The translations under genes and the position numbers were made by a program. DNA of 64,000 nt. It comes from an uncultured Odoribacter sp. Lineage in GTDB: Bacteria > Bacteroidota > Bacteroidia > Bacteroidales > Marinifilaceae. Where the stretch lies: contig UQTM01000002.1 of the NCBI GenBank assembly GCA_900544025.1, forward strand, positions 14,723 through 78,722, written 5' to 3'. Under the pieces are notes generated by a model, which ran no database searches, had not been told where the DNA came from, and worked only from the letters and a program-made list of their open reading frames with translations. Of this stretch, positions 60,257 to 64,000 are shown piece by piece (within the stretch, counting starts at the first letter, position 1; each line of letters opens with the position of its first letter).

Positions 60257-60823
60257 TCAGGCATATTTACTAACGACGTGTTTTTCTTTATAGTTTTCAA
60301 GATAACCAAACACGCTTTCTACCCGGTCTGCCACCATATAAAGTCCGTCGTAAGCCTTGGAAATAAAGCCTTCTTTTTTGCAATCTTCGATAAATTGGAA
60401 GAACTTATCATAGAATCCGTTCGTATTGACAAAAACAATAGGTTTGCTGTGGTTTCCCAATTGTTTCAAGGTAATCACTTCCGTGATCTCTTCCAGCGTT
60501 CCCCATCCCCCGGGTAAAGCGATAAAAGCATCTGCTTTTTCACGCATCATGCTCTTTCGTTCTTTCATATCGGGAGCCACGATTAATTCGGAAATACCTT
60601 CTGCCGAAACACCCCGGTTCACGATGCATTGCGGAATGATCCCGGTCACCTCTCCCCCACCATTCTTCACGGCATCCGACACCTCACGCATCAACCCGCA
60701 ATTTGTCCCGCCATACAGCAACCCCCATCCCCGCATCACGATCTCTTTCCCCAAATCAGCCGCAGCCTCAAAATACACGTTATCGACACTCTCCGATGAT
60801 GCACAAAACACACAAATTTTCAT
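60257..60823 (-). CDS. LOG-family (TIGR00730) cytokinin riboside 5'-monophosphate phosphoribohydrolase-like protein
   Basis: MKICVFCASS, ..YGGTNCGLM.., ..LPGGWGTLEEI.. are the LOG/Rossmann PGGxGTxxE signature; 188 aa. Confidence 0.85.
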   Translation of the reverse strand: MKICVFCASSESVDNVYFEAAADLGKEIVMRGWGLLYGGTNCGLMREVSDAVKNGGGEVTGIIPQCIVNRGVSAEGISELIVAPDMKERKSMMREKADAFIALPGGWGTLEEITEVITLKQLGNHSKPIVFVNTNGFYDKFFQFIEDCKKEGFISKAYDGLYMVADRVESVFGYLENYKEKHVVSKYA

Positions 60824-60929
60824 AGATTAAAAGTTACAGGTTGTAAGTCATTCATTTCATAAAACAAATTGCAGATTAATAGTACAAACCTGTAACCCAT
60901 TAACCTGCAACTTGGAACTACATTGACGC

Positions 60930-62912
60930 TTAAGCGTCAATGTTAGCGTATGTAGCGTTCTGTTCGATAAACTGTCTACGAGGCGGCACATCGTCCCCCA
61001 TAAGCATGGAGAAAATACGGTCTGCCTCGGCAGCATTCTCGATCGTCACCTGACGCAACGTTCTGCCGTCGGGAGACATCGTCGTGTCCCACAACTGTTC
61101 TGCTGTCATTTCACCAAGACCTTTGTAACGCTGGATATGCAAACTGCTCTCTTTACCCGCTCCCATTTCCTGGATCAATTGCAAACGCTGTTCTTCCGTC
61201 CAGCAATAGCGTTGATCCTTTCCTTTCTTCACGGAGTAAAGAGGCGGGGTTGCGATATACAAGTAACCGTTTTCAATTACCGATCTCATGTAACGGAAAA
61301 ATAATGTCATAATCAACGTGGCAATGTGCGCCCCGTCGACGTCGGCATCGGCCATGATCACGATCTTGTGGTAACGTATTTTTTCCAAATTAACCGCTTT
61401 ACTGTCTTCCGCTGTACCAATCGTGATACCCAAAGCTTGGAAGATCATCTTGATCTCCTCGCTTTCCCACACGCGATGAGCCAACGCTTTCTCCACGTTC
61501 AGGATTTTACCTCTCAATGGAAGGATTGCCTGGAATTTACGGTCACGCCCTTGTTTAGCTGTACCCCCTGCTGAGTCTCCCTCGACAAGGAATATCTCGC
61601 AGTTCTCCGGGTTATTATCCGAACAATCCGCCAATTTACCGGGCAAACCGGAACCGGAAAGCACCGTCTTCCGTTGCACAAGTTCACGGGCTTTACGGGC
61701 CGCATGACGAGCTTGTGCGGCAAGGATTACCTTGTCCACGATAGCACGGGCATCTTTCGGATGTTCCTCCAGATAATTTGCTAATGCGACACTTACTGCT
61801 TGAGCCACGGCCGATCCAACCTCAGTATTACCTAACTTGGTCTTGGTCTGTCCCTCGAATTGAGGTTCTGCCACCTTCACGGAAATAATAGCTGTCAGAC
61901 CTTCACGGAAATCTTCCCCGCTAATATCAAACTTCAACTTGCTTAACATCCCGGAATTATCGGCATACGTCTTCAAGGTTTGCATCACTCCCCGACGGAA
62001 TCCGGCAAGGTGTGTTCCCCCCTCGATCGTGTTGATATTATTCACGTAAGAGTAAACATTTTCCTTAAACTCCGTGTTGTAATGCATGGCCACCTCGATC
62101 GGAATTCCATTCTTTTCGGTCGTGATATGAATGGTTTCGTCAATCAATTTCTCCCGGGTTTCATCCAAGTATTCCACGAATTCACTCAATCCTTTTTCCG
62201 AGTAGAAAACTTCTGACTTAAACTCGTTCGTGTCCGGATCAATCGTCCGTTTATCGGTTAACGACAAGCGGATCCCCCGGTTTAGGTAAGCCAACTCCCG
62301 CAAACGGGCAGCTAAAATATCATATTTATATTCTGTTACATAAAATATAGAATCATCCGGCTTGAAATAGATCGTCGTACCCGTCCGATCCGTCTCGCCA
62401 ATCACTTGCACATCTGCTAACGGGAATCCTTTACTGTACTCTTGGCACCAGATTTTACCTTCACGATAAATGGTTGCGACCAATTTCGTGGAAAGCGCGT
62501 TCACACAGGATACACCCACCCCGTGAAGTCCCCCGGAAACCTTGTAAGAACCTTTATCAAATTTACCACCGGCATGCAGAATCGTCATCACGACTTCCAG
62601 TGCCGAGCGATTCTCTTTCTGGTTCATTCCCGTCGGAATTCCACGTCCATCGTCAGACACGCTGATCGAGTTATCCTCGTTAATCGTTACATCGATATTT
62701 TTACAATAGCCAGCCAACGCCTCGTCAATCGAGTTATCGACCACCTCGTACACCAAATGATGCAATCCTTTCGTATTAACATCTCCAATATACATGGACG
62801 GACGCATACGAACGGCCTCCAACCCCTCCAACACTTGAATACTATCAGCCGAATACTCGTTATTCGTTTGCTCTATTTCTTCACTCATGTTCTGCTCTAA
62901 TTCTTCACTCAT
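60930..62912 (-). CDS. gyrB: DNA gyrase subunit B (GyrB)
   Basis: GHKL ATPase motifs (VLEGLEAVRMRPSMYIGD, GLHGVGVS), Toprim EGDSAGG and a C-terminal tail; 660 aa including a duplicated 8-codon N-terminus. Confidence 0.95.
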   Translation of the reverse strand: MSEELEQNMSEEIEQTNNEYSADSIQVLEGLEAVRMRPSMYIGDVNTKGLHHLVYEVVDNSIDEALAGYCKNIDVTINEDNSISVSDDGRGIPTGMNQKENRSALEVVMTILHAGGKFDKGSYKVSGGLHGVGVSCVNALSTKLVATIYREGKIWCQEYSKGFPLADVQVIGETDRTGTTIYFKPDDSIFYVTEYKYDILAARLRELAYLNRGIRLSLTDKRTIDPDTNEFKSEVFYSEKGLSEFVEYLDETREKLIDETIHITTEKNGIPIEVAMHYNTEFKENVYSYVNNINTIEGGTHLAGFRRGVMQTLKTYADNSGMLSKLKFDISGEDFREGLTAIISVKVAEPQFEGQTKTKLGNTEVGSAVAQAVSVALANYLEEHPKDARAIVDKVILAAQARHAARKARELVQRKTVLSGSGLPGKLADCSDNNPENCEIFLVEGDSAGGTAKQGRDRKFQAILPLRGKILNVEKALAHRVWESEEIKMIFQALGITIGTAEDSKAVNLEKIRYHKIVIMADADVDGAHIATLIMTLFFRYMRSVIENGYLYIATPPLYSVKKGKDQRYCWTEEQRLQLIQEMGAGKESSLHIQRYKGLGEMTAEQLWDTTMSPDGRTLRQVTIENAAEADRIFSMLMGDDVPPRRQFIEQNATYANIDA

Positions 62913-63053
62913 ATGATATATTTAATTGTTTTTTCTTATTTCTTATATTCGCTAAACTGTTCATTCACAGCCGGAATTTCATCCCGACACAAAACATACA
63001 AATATACGAAAAATTCATGTAACTTTAGCGAAATCAAGCGAGATAATACAAGA

Positions 63054-63938
63054 TTATCTTTGAAACAATTTCCACTGGAGAACTTCTCCTTTCACGAAAA
63101 GAGACTCCTTTCGGAAGGCAACTTTCTGTTCGCTATTCATTTTCTGCACGGAAGAGATCAGCCAGCCGGAATTGTACTCGGCCCGGTTAAAAAATTCGAT
63201 CGTGAACATATAATTTTTCACCTGCAAACAATAGTACTTTATAGATTCGATTTTTTGTAGTTCTGCCGTCCCGCTGTACGTCAACCAAGAAAAAAGAGTC
63301 AGGTAATCCGGCTGAATTCCCTTCGCCCAATAGGTTACCAACGAAGTGTCTGCTACCATATTACTTGAAAGTTCCATGAAGTTCAATTCATTATTAGCCG
63401 GGCCGATAAAGAAAAGAGAATCTACTTTCGGGGTGAAAGCCTTCTCGTTAAAAGGGCTACATCCCACGATAACCCATCGGCTATCGCCCTGTTCCCCCTG
63501 TTGAACTTTTAACGTCAAATTCACGCGTTCTTCCTTCCCCTTTATCTTGATTTTGCAGGTAATCACGGCATACCAATCCGGATCATAAAAAGACAACAAG
63601 GTGGAATCCTTCACAACCTGTTTCACGAATTCCTTTACAACCGGACTTTCCACCAATTTCTCGTTTCGTTGATTTACCAGGAATTGAATCATCATTTCCC
63701 GATCCTTCATTACCGTAGCCATCTTTTCCAACAAAACGGAATCTAAATTCTCCTGCTGAAATGCATGTACCGTGTATTTCCCGTTAAAACGCTGGAAAAA
63801 CTCGTCCAGCATTTTAACACGCATCGTCAACACGTTATTTATCGCCCTGTCATCATCAAAACCTTGAGCCGCCAGAGTAACGCTCTGTAAACCACAAATA
63901 ACGAGAAGGATGTATTTATATAAATTCAGTATTTTCAA
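63054..63938 (-). CDS. Hypothetical secreted protein (294 aa)
   Basis: Signal peptide MKILNLYKYILLVICGLQSVTLAAQ. I recognised no family. Confidence 0.45.
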   Translation of the reverse strand: MKILNLYKYILLVICGLQSVTLAAQGFDDDRAINNVLTMRVKMLDEFFQRFNGKYTVHAFQQENLDSVLLEKMATVMKDREMMIQFLVNQRNEKLVESPVVKEFVKQVVKDSTLLSFYDPDWYAVITCKIKIKGKEERVNLTLKVQQGEQGDSRWVIVGCSPFNEKAFTPKVDSLFFIGPANNELNFMELSSNMVADTSLVTYWAKGIQPDYLTLFSWLTYSGTAELQKIESIKYYCLQVKNYMFTIEFFNRAEYNSGWLISSVQKMNSEQKVAFRKESLFVKGEVLQWKLFQR

Positions 63939-64000
63939 GGTATTATATATTATTATCCGTGATCGAAATATCCCCCAGTTTTACTTCGTAATACGTGCCT

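Noticed and set aside
1-64000. CRISPR arrays, rRNA/tRNA genes, integrase/transposase/IS elements, toxin-antitoxin or restriction-modification genes
   Set aside because: I scanned for regularly spaced direct repeats, tRNA T-arm-like GGTTCGAATCC motifs and recombinase or nuclease signatures and found none. The window looks like core chromosome.

Overview
This 64 kb window reads as a Bacteroidales-type (Bacteroidetes) chromosomal segment, judged from the promoter-like TAnnTTTG boxes, the BioG-containing biotin operon and DUF2851/DUF3795/DUF4835 genes. It is dominated by core housekeeping genes. Reading 5' to 3': the 3' end of tag, uvrA, pyrK-pyrD, a small XRE-family HTH regulator next to an unusual 670 bp AT-rich ORF-free region carrying repeated TTACA-N2-TGTAA palindromes, an aminopeptidase P, an ECF sigma factor with an envelope-spanning anti-sigma/beta-barrel partner, the purH-mreB-mreC-mreD-mrdA-rodA cell-shape operon, a P-type Ca2+-ATPase and a NUDIX hydrolase. 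On the minus strand sits a biotin operon bioB-bioA-bioF-bioG-bioC with no bioD and with bioG and bioC unfused. Then come a beta-helix glycoside hydrolase, queC, queD-queE (QueE with atypical Cys spacing), a sulfatase, recQ and a SurA-like/SurA/MoxR/OstA-like envelope cluster. A block of conserved hypotheticals follows (DUF3795, CarboxypepD_reg, a coiled-coil lipoprotein plus small membrane protein, DUF2851, a TM-coiled-coil protein), then fhs and a metallophosphoesterase interrupted by an in-frame TGA. Next are a sensor SpoIIE/PP2C phosphatase and a tight minus-strand run recN-DUF4835 ... fabI-exonuclease-dnaB-hypothetical-LTA-synthase-like, then nusB, a LOG-family gene, gyrB and a secreted hypothetical. 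I could not find CRISPR arrays, rRNA or tRNA genes, integrases or transposases by eye. There is no clear-cut new defence or mobile system. The most system-like unexplained signals are the palindrome array beside the XRE regulator, the sigma/anti-sigma-barrel pair, the orphan sensor phosphatase and the conserved-hypothetical cluster at 40.0-45.1 kb.
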